In this document: in pieces, positions 24,865 to 25,265 of the stretch
Layout: each line of letters opens with the position of its first letter
Numbering within the stretch: the stretch's first letter is position 1
Assembly: GCA_044866005.1 (NCBI GenBank)
Contig: JBIOTN010000206.1
Location: 1-25,265 of the forward strand
DNA length: 25,265 nt
DNA from: Candidatus Rokuibacteriota bacterium
GTDB lineage: Bacteria > Methylomirabilota > Methylomirabilia > Rokubacteriales > DASRDR01
Direction: 5' to 3'
Made by a program: the position numbers and the translations under genes
The notes under the pieces: model-generated
Databases searched by the model: none
Told to the model about the DNA's origin: nothing
The model's input: the letters and a program-made list of their open reading frames with translations, nothing else

Positions 24865-25265
24865 GACGGGGCGGCCGGCGCCATCACCGCCGGCTCGAGG
24901 CACTCGAGGCGGCCGGCCGTCGCGTCGAGCCGGACGCGGCACCCGAGCGGGACCGGCAGGTTCACGGCGCCATGCCCGATGCCGAGCCCGGCGAGACAGG
25001 GCAGCCCGGTCTCCTCGGCCAGCGCGCGGAGGACCTCGGCGCTCCCGTACTCGGCCTCGGGGTCCTCGCAGTCGGTGAACTCCCCGAGCGCGATGCCCCG
25101 CACGCGGTCGAACACGCCGGCGAGCCCGAGGTGGGTCCACATCCGGTCCAGGCGGTAGGGCCGCTCGCCGACGTCCTCGAGGAGCAGGACCGCCCCGTCG
25201 AGGGCCGGGAGGTACGGAGTCCCGAGGAGCCGCGTCAGCACGGAGAGGTTGCCGCCGAGGAGCGG
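24861..25265 (-). CDS. ldcA: LD-carboxypeptidase (peptidase S66), C-terminal part; starts outside the window
   Basis: Frame is open to the window edge: LLGGNLSVL, LLLEDVGERPYRLDRM (catalytic Glu), GIGHG (catalytic His) and VPLG. Confidence 0.9.
   Translation of the reverse strand, partial: PLLGGNLSVLTRLLGTPYLPALDGAVLLLEDVGERPYRLDRMWTHLGLAGVFDRVRGIALGEFTDCEDPEAEYGSAEVLRALAEETGLPCLAGLGIGHGAVNLPVPLGCRVRLDATAGRLECLEPAVMAPAAPS

Noticed and set aside
208..25158. Many long overlapping ORFs (e.g. 208..1713+, 2314..4428-, 2769..4334+, 7613..9850+, 10815..13025-, 11378..13192+, 14038..15600-, 20124..21935-, 23605..25158+)
   Set aside because: These are antisense or off-frame shadows of motif-bearing genes. 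They are Arg/Pro/Gly/Ala-rich, lack family motifs, and are expected where high GC makes stop codons scarce.

Overview
Very GC-rich bacterial chromosomal window, densely coding, about 25 genes, with no rRNA, tRNA, CRISPR array or transposase visible. A Ca. Rokubacteria-like lineage is a guess from the repeat style and gene content. From left to right: (1) a minus-strand block of glnS, a dienelactone hydrolase, a DUF1015 protein and a partial family-5 ABC substrate-binding protein; (2) a DinB-family gene; (3) a ~1 kb minus-strand accessory islet holding a sigma70 promoter, a frameshifted ribbon-helix-helix regulator, an unusual 8-Cys/STN-like small protein and a deleted ABC substrate-binding pseudogene; (4) a cobalt-type nitrile hydratase operon (alpha, beta, accessory) with an abutting AlkB-family dioxygenase; (5) a LarA/DUF2088-like gene and a DAO-family oxidoreductase; (6) a 56-aa membrane protein behind a sigma54-type motif; (7) a Tat small subunit plus GMC oxidoreductase; (8) a chelatase/MoxR-like AAA ATPase plus vWA pair; (9) a Tat-signal acetamidase/formamidase; (10) an orphan E1-alpha; (11) a large secreted protein with a C-terminal SLT domain; (12) a convergent peptidoglycan-recycling cluster (ldcA, serine hydrolase, mpl). 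A ~90-nt two-hairpin repeat occurs at least twice, once inside the nitrile hydratase operon. The least explained element is the RHH/Cys8-STN islet divergent from the nitrile hydratase. All family assignments are by motif recognition; no searches were run.
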